Shown: positions 15,923 through 25,802 of the stretch, piece after piece
How the letters are laid out: each line of letters starts with the position of its first letter
Position numbering within the stretch: the first letter of the stretch is position 1
Virus record (IMG/VR): IMGVR_UViG_3300017987_000005
Coordinates: 1-41,156 of that record
From: a virus
Strand: one strand, 5' to 3'
Length of the DNA stretch: 41,156 nucleotides
The notes under the pieces: model-generated
Database searches by the model: none
Seen by the model: the letters and a program-made list of their open reading frames with translations, nothing else
What the model was told of the DNA's origin: nothing
Translations under genes and position numbers: made by a program

Positions 15923-16212
15923 TATTCCTTATCTTCCTTCTTAACAAATTCTGTGTCCGAGCACAATCTCGGCTTCTTCTTTTTCTTCTTATGCTCTGGT
16001 TCTCTCGGCATATGTTTTGGAAGCTTCAGTCCAACCCAGTCAGATATGGAAGCTCCAATAGTAATTTTCCCTCCGTCCTTGGTATGAACGGCTTGTTCGA
16101 GATGGTATATAATATCTTGATTCAGTCGTGTCAGGAATTCTTTCCCTGCACGTCGTCCGTGCTTCTTACAATAATCACGGATTGACTTCATATTGATAAA
16201 CTGCATTCTCAC
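15922..16212 (-). CDS. Putative prokaryotic histone-fold protein with Lys-rich tail
   Basis: INMKSIRDYCKKHGRRAGKEFLTRLNQDIIYHLEQAVHTKDGGKITI fits the a1-L1-a2-L2 pattern by eye. Confidence 0.55.
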   Translation of the reverse strand: MRMQFINMKSIRDYCKKHGRRAGKEFLTRLNQDIIYHLEQAVHTKDGGKITIGASISDWVGLKLPKHMPREPEHKKKKKKPRLCSDTEFVKKEDKE

Positions 16213-16254
16213 TCTCCATTAAAATAGAAAACTAGAGCGGCGGTAACAGCAGAC

Positions 16255-16500
16255 TCACGCTCCAGATTCTAAAGAACCATCTATTCCAATATGATTCTTT
16301 TCTACCCACTTCTTAATAGCATTGCTGAACGCATCGAAGGCTTCTTTGCTCCCCTCCTCACGCGAAAGCTCAGTAACATTGTTGTCACCATACTCAATAA
16401 GAATCACTTCCTCCCCAGGGGGAATCTGAATCTTAGTCGCCTGCTCAAGATTGAGCATTAATCCTTCTTCTTCAAAATGTATCCAAGCGGACATATTCAC
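16255..16500 (-). CDS. Hypothetical protein
   Basis: First gene after a promoter; SD GGAG. Confidence 0.65.
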   Translation of the reverse strand: MNMSAWIHFEEEGLMLNLEQATKIQIPPGEEVILIEYGDNNVTELSREEGSKEAFDAFSNAIKKWVEKNHIGIDGSLESGA

Positions 16501-16521
16501 TCTCCGAATATAGCTACTTAT

Positions 16522-16549
16522 ATTATATCATATACTTCTGATATGTCAA
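16522..16549 (-). promoter_or_regulatory. sigma70-type promoter
   Basis: TTGACA-N16-TATAAT, extended -10 TG. Confidence 0.85.
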
Positions 16550-16568
16550 CACAAAAATAAAAAAAGTT

Positions 16569-16931
16569 TCATTTGCAGTTGTTAAACCACGCTACCGGAA
16601 CTGTCCGTTTTTTGGGTTTCCACTCACGAAATAGCGGTTGGAACGAAACGTCACTTCCAACCAACATAACGCCATCAACATCAGCTCTACGCGTCACTGA
16701 TAGCTGAAACTCTCCTGGAATGCGCTCACTATACTTCTGAGCATAGAACTTCTTGGCTAGCTCCGGAAAAGTCGCCCACGCAGCTTCCGGTACATCGCTA
16801 GCCTCCTCGTATGACACGATAAGCTTTACTGTAGAAACGTTCTGCTTTATAGCCTGTCGTAATCGTGACGTAAATTCGTCAAATATATTGACAACTTTTT
16901 TTGTCCATATAGTCGTTTTAATGGAGGCCAT
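16569..16931 (-). CDS. Hypothetical protein, WFxN tag
   Basis: Ends AWFNNCK. Confidence 0.7.
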   Translation of the reverse strand: MASIKTTIWTKKVVNIFDEFTSRLRQAIKQNVSTVKLIVSYEEASDVPEAAWATFPELAKKFYAQKYSERIPGEFQLSVTRRADVDGVMLVGSDVSFQPLFREWKPKKRTVPVAWFNNCK

Positions 16932-17313
16932 TGTTAAACCATCCGTTACAAACTCCCATATTATATCCCGGAGGAATAAAGTGTATCCGGACTTCTTTCA
17001 TATCGGACACGTATGCTTGGTCATGCGACTTGAATGCTATCTTATGGTCACCACTTCCCATATTATGTTGAGTAACTATGGCGCAGTTCCACAGAGCTTC
17101 AGCAACTTCGGTGTCTCCCTTATACTTACTCTTAATAACACTCGTAAAATAATCCTGGAACCACGAGTCAACAGTAAACGGAAGTCGTTTAAGAAGGCTC
17201 TGGCTTATCACCGCGACCTTATTCTTGAGCATGGCGTCTACAAGCTGGTCAAGTATTGCGCCGACTTCAGCATGCGTAAACTGCTGCTCGTCACTATTCC
17301 TATGCCACGCCAT
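16918..17313 (-). CDS. Hypothetical protein, WFxN tag
   Basis: Ends GWFNNGLH; start reassigned to MAWHR. Confidence 0.7.
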   Translation of the reverse strand: MAWHRNSDEQQFTHAEVGAILDQLVDAMLKNKVAVISQSLLKRLPFTVDSWFQDYFTSVIKSKYKGDTEVAEALWNCAIVTQHNMGSGDHKIAFKSHDQAYVSDMKEVRIHFIPPGYNMGVCNGWFNNGLH

Positions 17314-17641
17314 TATTAAACCACCCCCGTCCGGCGTCATTACGCAGTCTAAATATCTTCCCGTGCTCATCGTCTCCGACAAACGCATACGAACGTTTAT
17401 CAATAGCTTTATGGTGCGGATATTTCACAATAAGGTATACCATAAATAATGGAATAAAAGTCTCTTTGGTCCGCTTAGGCATAGAACTCCATAAAGCATG
17501 CGATATAGTTACGCGCAGCTCTCCCTTCTTACGACGTTTATCCAGCTCGTCAAAAATCCCACGCGTATTCTTATCAAGCTTTTTAATAGTCCTGATGAAT
17601 CCCTCCATCATCTTACGTCCACTTTTATGGCGTTTCATCAT
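17300..17641 (-). CDS. Hypothetical protein, WFxN tag
   Basis: Ends GWFNNGVA. Confidence 0.7.
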   Translation of the reverse strand: MMKRHKSGRKMMEGFIRTIKKLDKNTRGIFDELDKRRKKGELRVTISHALWSSMPKRTKETFIPLFMVYLIVKYPHHKAIDKRSYAFVGDDEHGKIFRLRNDAGRGWFNNGVA

Positions 17642-17922
17642 GACCTCCCGTTGTTAAACCAGGGGTAAACAGCAACGATGTCATAACGGACTATCTTCCG
17701 ACCATCTTCCTTCATGTGTCCTTTGCGCACGACTAGAATACGGTCGTCTATAAAAGGGATATCTTCTTTACGTACTTCGCGGATAACAATCTGAAGAAAC
17801 TTCTTTATATCCTTGACTCCGTTCTTCTTGAATAGCTGATAAGAAGCTCCGACTTTGGCTTTATTTTTACCGAACCTGCTCCTGCAACCGCCAAGTGCTA
17901 GTTCCAGGGCCATATCGCTCAT
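17638..17922 (-). CDS. Hypothetical protein, WFxN tag
   Basis: Ends PWFNNGRS. Confidence 0.7.
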   Translation of the reverse strand: MSDMALELALGGCRSRFGKNKAKVGASYQLFKKNGVKDIKKFLQIVIREVRKEDIPFIDDRILVVRKGHMKEDGRKIVRYDIVAVYPWFNNGRS

Positions 17923-19250
17923 TTTCTTTCCGCTATCTCAAATCCAAGTCTATTATAAATACGTAAATGTTTCTGAGCATATCCGCGTGCACGGTTGCTC
18001 CAGGTATCGACTATCTCAGTCACTATCGGGCGCTTCTTCTTAACAGTCGTACGCGTCAAACGTCCTATCGCCTGTTCGATGTTCGAGTGAGGCGTAGCGA
18101 GTATCATCCCGTTTAATTCCGGAATGTCCACGGCTTCACTGATGAACTGATATGTTCCGACTACAATGTCATAGTCTGAAAACGCTTTGAATACTTTTTC
18201 AGCGTTCATTCCTCCGACAGTTTTGGTCGCTTCCTCCCCTAATTCTTTTACTTGCTCAATTATCTCGGATACATGGTTAAGTCTGTGCGTCAGCACCATA
18301 ACTTTACGACCACTCTTCTTCATTTTTACGGCATGCTTCGCAATAATCGCAGTACGCTGTTTTATCTTGGCGATAGAACTTATCCACCGCGAGATGTTGA
18401 ACTTGCCGGCACGATTCCTAAATATACGGTCATCTAATCTCCCCGTAACTCCGATTTGATGCACGAGTCCTCCAACATCCATAACGCGATTCTCAGCAAG
18501 AATCGGTCCGATATGCTTAAAGAATACTCCATGTAATCCGTCTCCTCGATACGGTGTCGCAGTAAGCCCCATCATAAACTCAGGATTGAATCGAGAAGTC
18601 ACATCAAAAAACGTCGGCGCGCTGATGTGATGCGTCTCGTCCGTAACGACAAGTCCAAATGACTTATACATGCGGTCAGGATACTTCCGCGCATTAAATG
18701 ACTGAAGCATCCCGACAACAATATCCTCGGTGTACTCGCACTTATCCTGCTGAATCTTCCCAACAGTGAAATTCCCCTTGAGGAACTGCTGTATCCGGTC
18801 AAACCACTGCTGCATAATGAACTCTTTATTCACGAGTACGAGTGTGTGTACTTTGAATTGGGCTAACAAATATAACGACATCACGGTCTTTCCCGTGCCG
18901 GGCCCCGAACAGAGTATCCCTCCGACAGTCTGCTCTGCTTTACGCAAAAACTCGCTGGTCAGGCTCACTTGATTCTTACGGTCTTCATCAAGTTCCCCGT
19001 CGAACTCGACATCAATCTCCCACCCTTTAATAAGGTCGCGCTCGTCAGGCTCTCCAAACGTATCGAGTCCGTATTGACGAGGTACTCGAAAGTACTTTCC
19101 ATCCTCACGATATAAAACCATGTTCTCTTTATCGGCTATCGTCAGTCCAAAACTATTCGGACTTTCAATAAGCTCCTTCTTTATCTTCAGAACATCGTAA
19201 TCCTTCAGACGCTCCCGCTCAAGATAATACCAGTTCGACAGTATACTCAT
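17919..19250 (-). CDS. Superfamily 2 DNA helicase
   Basis: GPGTGKT, DETHH, TAT, QAIGR. Confidence 0.92.
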   Translation of the reverse strand: MSILSNWYYLERERLKDYDVLKIKKELIESPNSFGLTIADKENMVLYREDGKYFRVPRQYGLDTFGEPDERDLIKGWEIDVEFDGELDEDRKNQVSLTSEFLRKAEQTVGGILCSGPGTGKTVMSLYLLAQFKVHTLVLVNKEFIMQQWFDRIQQFLKGNFTVGKIQQDKCEYTEDIVVGMLQSFNARKYPDRMYKSFGLVVTDETHHISAPTFFDVTSRFNPEFMMGLTATPYRGDGLHGVFFKHIGPILAENRVMDVGGLVHQIGVTGRLDDRIFRNRAGKFNISRWISSIAKIKQRTAIIAKHAVKMKKSGRKVMVLTHRLNHVSEIIEQVKELGEEATKTVGGMNAEKVFKAFSDYDIVVGTYQFISEAVDIPELNGMILATPHSNIEQAIGRLTRTTVKKKRPIVTEIVDTWSNRARGYAQKHLRIYNRLGFEIAERK

Positions 19251-19504
19251 TTCTCACCATTCCGACAAGGCAACAAAGCATGCTCAGTATTAGCGATAAG
19301 TACGAGCATTTCAACTACGTCATCAATTCGTACGGCTGCGTTCAAAGGAAAATATGCGATAGTAAGCTTACACTGGTCATTGAATTGTATAATCTTCTTC
19401 ACAGTTTCCTTATCAATCTCCTTTGCAGTACGCATATACAACTTAATGGCATCGACACTGTACAGTTTCTCTGCTAATACTCTCAATAAATCTGTACTAG
19501 GCAT
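19247..19504 (-). CDS. Hypothetical protein
   Basis: Coupled between the polymerase and helicase genes. Confidence 0.6.
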   Translation of the reverse strand: MPSTDLLRVLAEKLYSVDAIKLYMRTAKEIDKETVKKIIQFNDQCKLTIAYFPLNAAVRIDDVVEMLVLIANTEHALLPCRNGEK

Positions 19505-21416
19505 AACAAATCTTAGCTCCGCAACAAGACGTAACTACATATTCTTCTTTATCGTCCGGGTCCCACGCTTTCGCTACATCCGCCCTCACGTCAATCTCAT
19601 CATCCTCGTGTGCTCCGCACTTTCCTGGGCACGTCATCGCTTTAACCCAGCGGTCACCGATATATCCATCCACTACAACAGGAACGCGAAGCTTTACTGC
19701 GTCCTCCATACATTTCGCTATTTCACAATACGTCTGAAACGGATGGTGGCGCTCATCAATCGAAAATAACAGCTCATCATGAACTTGAATCAAGGGCTTG
19801 CAATCAATTTCCGGATGAGACATCAAATAGTCGCGAACACGTTTAATAGCAACTCCCATAATATCGGCGGCGCCGCCCTGAATCGCAGAATTAAAATACT
19901 GGCGAAATGCGCGCTCACGCTCATAATCGTCCATAGAACGGTCATACGGAACTCGTCTGAATCGTCCGCTGATAAGCTTATACGGCTTTTCATCCCACAG
20001 TTTCTCACGCATATGGTCCATGAACTTCTTTATTCCCGCATACTGCTCAAAGAACTGGTCAATAAACTTGTATGCTTTGGTCTTGGATATCCCGGCTTGT
20101 TCTGAAAGGGAATTTGCTCCCATCCCATAAACAATCCCGAAGTTAATGACTTTCGCATGGCGGCGGTCATCTGTCTCCAGGAGCTTCTGAGTAGTTGCGT
20201 GAATATCGTCTCCCTTATTAAACGCCTCAATCATCCTCGGCTCGCGACTCAAATGCGCAAGTATCCGAAGCTCAATCTGACTAAAGTCCAATCCGATAAA
20301 TAGGCGCCCAGGCTCGGGAACAAATACATTCCGGAAATTCCCGTGCGTCGGCATCTGCTGCAAGTTCGGGTTGGATGCGCTCATCCGCCCCGTAACTGTG
20401 CGAACCTGATGAAATGATGGGTGTATCCGTCCGTCTGGAGAATCCTTGATAAAATGGATAAACGGCTCTGCAAACGAATCAATAAACTTCGTCAACTCAC
20501 GATGCTGAAGAAGAAGCTCCGGTATCCTATCCTTACGCTTCACTTCCCGCGCAAGCTTCTTCAGTACGGCTGCGCCGGTCCCGTAATATCCGTTCTTCCC
20601 CTTCCGGGTAATTTCGTCTACTCGAGTCCCCTTAGTAATCGCTACGGGGTATCCGAGTCCTCCTTCCTTTTTATCGCTAAACAATACTTGTGATACTTGC
20701 TGAGAAGAGGTCAAAAGAAACTTCTTTCCGACAGTCTCATAAATGAGATTCGTTACTTTCTCAATATCTCCGCGAACACGTATGCGGAAATCGCTGAGTT
20801 CTTTCGGGTCAACTTTGATTCCGTTATACTCCATATCAGAGATATATCTCGCAACATCCATCTCGAGTTCAAGAAGAACGCGCAGTAAATTCTGATTTTC
20901 AATCTCTTTAATCAGAGCTTTGAACAGCATAAAAGTATAATGCCCGTCCTCTTTCGCATACTCTTCTAATGAAGGTACTTCCTCACTCTCCTCAAAAAAC
21001 GTTCCCTCCATCTCCGCAATAGCTTCATACGGAATCATATCATGGTCAAAAAAACGCTTAACCAAATGGTCAAGCGAATACTGCTTATAATTTTCGTCCA
21101 GTAGCCACGCAGCAATCATGGTACATACGAGCTGACAATCGGGTTCAATTCCCCACTTGTACTTCAGCCACTTATAATCGAATACCATGTTGTGCGCTAT
21201 CAACCACGCATCTTTTCGCTTGCACACTGCTTCAAGCACAGGCTTCCCATCGTCCTTGGGGAACCAGAAGTCGCCATCTACAGTTGAGATGGCGACTCCT
21301 TTAATTTCCCCTGTACGTGGAGTAAGACTGGTAGTCTCGAAATCGAAAACTACGTGTTCACGCGACGATACGGAGTCGAGGCACTTAGAAAGGGACGGCT
21401 CCGGGGTCGTCGTCAT
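19497..21416 (-). CDS. polA: Family A DNA polymerase with 3'-5' exonuclease
   Basis: DFETT exo I; DFSQIELR motif A; RRHAKVINFGIVYG motif B; QVHDEL motif C. Confidence 0.96.
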   Translation of the reverse strand: MTTTPEPSLSKCLDSVSSREHVVFDFETTSLTPRTGEIKGVAISTVDGDFWFPKDDGKPVLEAVCKRKDAWLIAHNMVFDYKWLKYKWGIEPDCQLVCTMIAAWLLDENYKQYSLDHLVKRFFDHDMIPYEAIAEMEGTFFEESEEVPSLEEYAKEDGHYTFMLFKALIKEIENQNLLRVLLELEMDVARYISDMEYNGIKVDPKELSDFRIRVRGDIEKVTNLIYETVGKKFLLTSSQQVSQVLFSDKKEGGLGYPVAITKGTRVDEITRKGKNGYYGTGAAVLKKLAREVKRKDRIPELLLQHRELTKFIDSFAEPFIHFIKDSPDGRIHPSFHQVRTVTGRMSASNPNLQQMPTHGNFRNVFVPEPGRLFIGLDFSQIELRILAHLSREPRMIEAFNKGDDIHATTQKLLETDDRRHAKVINFGIVYGMGANSLSEQAGISKTKAYKFIDQFFEQYAGIKKFMDHMREKLWDEKPYKLISGRFRRVPYDRSMDDYERERAFRQYFNSAIQGGAADIMGVAIKRVRDYLMSHPEIDCKPLIQVHDELLFSIDERHHPFQTYCEIAKCMEDAVKLRVPVVVDGYIGDRWVKAMTCPGKCGAHEDDEIDVRADVAKAWDPDDKEEYVVTSCCGAKICYA

Positions 21417-22122
21417 AGTCTACATCTCCTTCATCTGAAAAATCACTGTCATCGTCACTGGAAGAGCTTTTTCCGTGCTTCTTCCCACGCCATTCCGCAA
21501 GGTGAGCAATCTCCTTCATATCACTCTTTGAATAAGGCTGGAGAATCTCTTCGTAATCAATGGAATCATAATCGTCCACGTCTTCTTTCTCAACGTAGTC
21601 CCAATCATCCCCGACTACGGGCGCTTGCTTTGCTCCGGTACGCGTGACAGAGAACCGCTTCCCTACAATCCCCTTGAGTTTCTTATGCTTTGCGCGCAGA
21701 AGCTCCAGAGTGTAGTACTTCGCGGGGAGGAGGCAGACAATGTCCTTTACTTCGTCTCCGTCCTTGTTTGTGTAGCCCGTGTGGTCTACAATGGTGAAAA
21801 ATCCGGTATGCGAGGCTTTGTTCCCCGCGTCACACAACGGGCATGTTCCCTTTTTGGGATTCCCCCGACCATCGCGTCTTGCGATGCAAGTCGCATGTCC
21901 AGGACTGTCATCAATCCAATAGGTATGCTCAAATACTCTGAAGCACTTGTCATCAACGAAAGAAAGCTCTTTCGTCTCATCCTTCGGAATCCAGAAACGC
22001 TTCGGGACAGGTTCATCATTCTTGTCCTTCTTCTGCCACCACGCATATCCGCTTCCACCCCCTCCTGATGAGGGGAAATCTTCCGACGACGGCATCCCGG
22101 TATCAAACCATTTGTCTCCCAT
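21385..22122 (-). CDS. Putative single-stranded DNA-binding protein
   Basis: Lies between primase and polymerase; CPLC; acidic tail ending VPF. Confidence 0.7.
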   Translation of the reverse strand: MGDKWFDTGMPSSEDFPSSGGGGSGYAWWQKKDKNDEPVPKRFWIPKDETKELSFVDDKCFRVFEHTYWIDDSPGHATCIARRDGRGNPKKGTCPLCDAGNKASHTGFFTIVDHTGYTNKDGDEVKDIVCLLPAKYYTLELLRAKHKKLKGIVGKRFSVTRTGAKQAPVVGDDWDYVEKEDVDDYDSIDYEEILQPYSKSDMKEIAHLAEWRGKKHGKSSSSDDDSDFSDEGDVDYDDDPGAVPF

Positions 22123-22174
22123 AACTTGTTCCTTTCTGTCTTAGTAAGACATCACGCTAACTCAAAATGAGTTG

Positions 22175-23164
22175 CTACTTATGGACTTTCTTTTTAGTCC
22201 GGCTTTTCGGTTCTCTTCGAACCACTGTTCTGTTGTCGAACAATTCGACAAGCTCTTCTCTGGATAAATCGCAAGGGTCTTTTCCTTCGGGCAACTCGCA
22301 CTTAAAAAGCATCGGCACATGGTCATACAGATACTTCTTCACGGAACGCTCAAGCTTCTTTCCTCCTTCGTCACCGTCCGCCATAGTAGTCAGACTGTTC
22401 ACTCTCTTGAGGATATCCACTTGATACTCGCTGACTGAACTTCCGTTAGCTCCTAACGGTCTTACCCCATCCTTGAATCCATCCAGGTGTAAAACATCCA
22501 ACTGTCCTTCGACGAGCACTACATCATCACCCCCTTTCAAAAACTGCTCTCCAAACAGACAAAGTTCTGCGCAAGTTCCTTTCTCGTACAGCCAACGTTT
22601 TCGACGGTCATCTTTATCCGTCGATAATAATCTCTTAGCAGCACCGACTATGTTTCCCAATGAATCCTTCATTGGTAAAACAAGGTAGTCTCCGTGCTGT
22701 TGGATATCGAACTTATCGATGCAATCAATTGCAATTCCGCGATATATGAGATAATCATAAACGCGAGAACTGGCAGGCGTGTAACGCGCCATCCACTCAA
22801 CATTAAACTCTAGTGTCTCCCCTTCTCCGAACAACCCATCATCCCACGTAAAATCCCGCTCATCTTCGTCAAGCATCTCTTCGAGTTTATCGCACTTCTC
22901 TTCAGGAAATCCAAGCTCCTTCAAAACTGCGACCATATAACCCAAAGAACCCCCGCCAGTCTCGCAGGAAAAACAATGAAATAAATGCGGCTCCTCAATA
23001 CGGATAGATGCGTTACCGAGCTTCTTATCCACTCCGTTCTTATGTTTCCAATGAGCAAATGGACAGCTTATCACGATATTCTCGATACGATGTTTACGAA
23101 AATCGTGTAATTGGTACTTTACTCCCAATATATTCAAGAATTTGATAAGCTCTTCGCGCTTCAT
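22175..23164 (-). CDS. dnaG: DNA primase
   Basis: Zn finger CPFAHWKH..CFSC; TOPRIM VEGQLD, DGDEGG, KDP. Confidence 0.9.
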   Translation of the reverse strand: MKREELIKFLNILGVKYQLHDFRKHRIENIVISCPFAHWKHKNGVDKKLGNASIRIEEPHLFHCFSCETGGGSLGYMVAVLKELGFPEEKCDKLEEMLDEDERDFTWDDGLFGEGETLEFNVEWMARYTPASSRVYDYLIYRGIAIDCIDKFDIQQHGDYLVLPMKDSLGNIVGAAKRLLSTDKDDRRKRWLYEKGTCAELCLFGEQFLKGGDDVVLVEGQLDVLHLDGFKDGVRPLGANGSSVSEYQVDILKRVNSLTTMADGDEGGKKLERSVKKYLYDHVPMLFKCELPEGKDPCDLSREELVELFDNRTVVRREPKSRTKKKVHK

Positions 23165-23198
23165 GCATCACTCTCACGATACTAAATAGACTGCTTGT

Positions 23199-23226
23199 AT
23201 GATAGCATACATTTCGGATTTGTCAA
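23199..23226 (-). promoter_or_regulatory. sigma70-type promoter
   Basis: TTGACA-N16-TATCAT, extended -10 TG. Confidence 0.75.
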
Positions 23227-23239
23227 GTAAAAAATAACT

Positions 23240-23809
23240 TTAATTTTCCGCTATTTTACGCGCTAAACTCAGCGCCTCCACGCACTTACGTACTTTCTCA
23301 GGATTTTTCCCGCTTCTGAGGACCGCTGAGGGGTGGAGGCATGGGATAAGGGTACATGTATGCTCTCCCCCTAAAAGTGGCTCAGAATTGAAATGACGGG
23401 GCTTACCGCACGTCTTAGATATCCCTGCAAACTCCCCTGTCAATGCTCCTGTAGAGCTGTTTCCGAGGGTCACGATAGCTTTCGGCTTAATACTGTCGAT
23501 TTCGGCAGCAAGAAAGCACTTGCATCGGTCAATCTCCTTCTTTGTCGGCTTGCGGGGTTTCCCGTCCTTTGCAGGAAAACATTTCACGATATTCGTGATA
23601 TAATAATGCTCAAGTTCGGCTGCTTCGATAAACTCGTCTAGGAGTTTTCCAGCGCGTCCGACAAAAGCGTGCCCCTCAACATCTTCAGAATTTCCCGGCG
23701 CTTCCCCGATAATCATTACTGCATCGTGCGGGAGTCCGTGAGCACGCGGTTTCACGTGCATCGTCCGAGCAGCTTCTCCGAGATGACATCCTTTACAAAC
23801 ATCGTCCAT
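23240..23809 (-). CDS. Uracil-DNA glycosylase, family 4
   Basis: CxxC, GEAPG, FVGRAG, TNIVKC, HPS. Confidence 0.93.
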   Translation of the reverse strand: MDDVCKGCHLGEAARTMHVKPRAHGLPHDAVMIIGEAPGNSEDVEGHAFVGRAGKLLDEFIEAAELEHYYITNIVKCFPAKDGKPRKPTKKEIDRCKCFLAAEIDSIKPKAIVTLGNSSTGALTGEFAGISKTCGKPRHFNSEPLLGGEHTCTLIPCLHPSAVLRSGKNPEKVRKCVEALSLARKIAEN

Positions 23810-24192
23810 CAGACATTCCCTTTATACCACGGCAGAAAATTGTCAATCTCAAGCTTCGAAGGGAACGTTCCGTTGAATCTGAATCCCCGGTCATCGATTG
23901 ACATAATCGCTGGAACTTTCTCAGTCGGGAAAAAGATACTCTCATCCTCGATATGCTGATATGTTACACCATGCTCCAAAACATACTTCCGCATAGCTTC
24001 TATCCCGCCCTCCTGATGTGAACGTGAAGATAGTATCGCAATCTTAAAATCGCGCGCCATATTATTCAACCACTCGATAGCTCCTTCAACAGGCTGGTCC
24101 GGGCATACGTCGGCTCCCTTCCATCCCGATTTATACGAATGGATAACTCCATCAAAATCACATATAATTGTCTGCTTCATTACATTCTCCAA
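23809..24192 (-). CDS. HAD-superfamily phosphatase-like protein
   Basis: DFDGVIH, SSR, K, IDDR. Confidence 0.8.
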   Translation of the reverse strand: MENVMKQTIICDFDGVIHSYKSGWKGADVCPDQPVEGAIEWLNNMARDFKIAILSSRSHQEGGIEAMRKYVLEHGVTYQHIEDESIFFPTEKVPAIMSIDDRGFRFNGTFPSKLEIDNFLPWYKGNV

Positions 24193-24221
24193 AAGTATTA
24201 AAAAAAGAAGTAAGCTTGATT

Positions 24222-24494
24222 TTAAGGCGGCTCCCTTATGATTCCGAAATAGTCTCTTATCGTTGGAAGATGTTCATCGCTTGGCAACTCAAAAGACTCC
24301 TCCTCAATGAAGACCTCCTCCTCTTCTTCTTTATCACAATAACAATCCGGCACAATACTGGTAGCATAGCAATCTCCGTCCCCGTCGCCGTAAACATCGT
24401 CAGTAAGTTCATTGGTAGCTGACGTGGTGGCTCCCCCGGACGTATTCGTCCAGGAACGCGACGTCCCCTGCGTACTATCAGCATAAGGTATCAC
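24222..24494 (-). CDS. Hypothetical acidic protein
   Basis: Start overlaps the coaD stop. Confidence 0.5.
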   Translation of the reverse strand: MIPYADSTQGTSRSWTNTSGGATTSATNELTDDVYGDGDGDCYATSIVPDCYCDKEEEEEVFIEEESFELPSDEHLPTIRDYFGIIREPP

Positions 24495-25027
24495 AAAATT
24501 AAACTCCGTTCAGAGTCAGTAAGTTCCCCATATCGTCCGAACTTCGCATATAACTGTATGCGGACAAACGGGCTAACAAATTCCTCGACTGACCCGCCGG
24601 CCCCCATAACCTCCCGGACCATGCTCGAACTAATATACGATATTGACGGGTCTGACATGACAAACACTGTTTCTATGCTCGGGTCAAGCTTACTGTTCAC
24701 AGTCGCAATCGGGTATTCGTACTCAAAGTCCAGTTGATTGCGGATACCACGAAGAATTATATCAATATCGTGCTTCTTACAGAAATCTACAGTCAATCCT
24801 TCGTATGTAAATATCTCGACTTTCGCACTTGCATACTTTCCGGAATGACATTCTGCGGCATAATCGTTAATATGCTGAACGCGTTCCTCTACGCTGAATA
24901 TGGGGTCTTTCTTATTAGTCAGGGCAATGCCGATAACAAGCTCGTCAAATATACGCAGACCGCGCCTTATGATATCCTGGTGCCCTCTTGTCAAAGGGTC
25001 AAATGTTCCTGGGTATAAAGCTTTCAT
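24491..25027 (-). CDS. coaD: Phosphopantetheine adenylyltransferase
   Basis: YPGTFDPLTRGH, RGIRN..DFEYE, ISSSMVRE. Confidence 0.93.
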   Translation of the reverse strand: MKALYPGTFDPLTRGHQDIIRRGLRIFDELVIGIALTNKKDPIFSVEERVQHINDYAAECHSGKYASAKVEIFTYEGLTVDFCKKHDIDIILRGIRNQLDFEYEYPIATVNSKLDPSIETVFVMSDPSISYISSSMVREVMGAGGSVEEFVSPFVRIQLYAKFGRYGELTDSERSLIL

Positions 25028-25035
25028 AACTACTC

Positions 25036-25326
25036 CTACGGATTTATAGGCGGGAACAGCTTGTCAAATTTCCGAGCCATATCATAACTGCATATGCGAA
25101 GCTCACGACCATCAGTAAGAATAATACTTCCAGGCTGCTTTCCGTGTCCGCAGCAGCAAGCATCAGTATAAACTCCGGCATCATTCAATGCTTGAACTAT
25201 CGGAGCGATGCACCGGTCAATACTTCTCGGCTCCTCAATATAATTAAAATCATCAAGCTTGATGACTAAATTCAGGGTGACGGTGTCTCCCCATTCGCAC
25301 ATCCGATTTCCTTTTCTTACAAACAA
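25036..25326 (-). CDS. Phage hypothetical protein (IDxCI...LN..G..T..CCxGH)
   Basis: IDRCIAPIVQALNDAGVYTDACCCGHG. Confidence 0.65.
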   Translation of the reverse strand: MFVRKGNRMCEWGDTVTLNLVIKLDDFNYIEEPRSIDRCIAPIVQALNDAGVYTDACCCGHGKQPGSIILTDGRELRICSYDMARKFDKLFPPINP

Positions 25327-25489
25327 GCCTGTGGTTTATCTCGCAGTCCGGCTCTGAACAATGTCGCCCCTGATTATCCCACCAAGGAACGTGGTAACGC
25401 GCCCCTTCTTTTATAACATGCTTTATCATCTTCTCCCCGCAATGCGGACACTCGACTTCCTCATGCGGGACTCTCTCAAAACTACTCAC
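25253..25489 (-). CDS. Hypothetical Zn-finger protein
   Basis: CPHC...CSEPDC; start reassigned. Confidence 0.5.
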   Translation of the reverse strand: MSSFERVPHEEVECPHCGEKMIKHVIKEGARYHVPWWDNQGRHCSEPDCEINHRLVCKKRKSDVRMGRHRHPEFSHQA

Positions 25490-25802
25490 TCTTTTTCTCC
25501 CTGAAAAAATCTCCCTCATTCTGCATCTTAAATCCAGCCCCGTTGAGAACTCCGTACATATTCTTCCGTCCCGCTGGATTTGCCGTGCATATTTGGACAT
25601 GGTCAGGAAGCAGGTCTTTAATATCAAGCATCCCGAGTATCTCGTATCCGTTGATATCGTCATCGCCTAAATCGTGGTCCATGACAAGACATTCAATCTG
25701 TCCCTTCAGGGCTTCGATTGTCCGAACTGCCGCATACGGACTTCGTATAATGACGTCACAATCAAGTTCGCGCTCGTCATCAACTATCACCCACATGCTC
25801 AT
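25482..25802 (-). CDS. Cyclic-phosphate-processing receiver-like domain protein
   Basis: VDDER...MDHDLG...GYE...TANPAGRKNM. Confidence 0.75.
   Translation of the reverse strand: MSMWVIVDDERELDCDVIIRSPYAAVRTIEALKGQIECLVMDHDLGDDDINGYEILGMLDIKDLLPDHVQICTANPAGRKNMYGVLNGAGFKMQNEGDFFREKKSE

Noticed and set aside
5877-22122. Other WF occurrences (MWFAW, KKWFA, WWFK near 12835, SSB N-terminal KWFDTG) as tag members
   Set aside because: They lack the invariant Asn at position 4 and were not counted, although the SSB WFDTG may deserve a look
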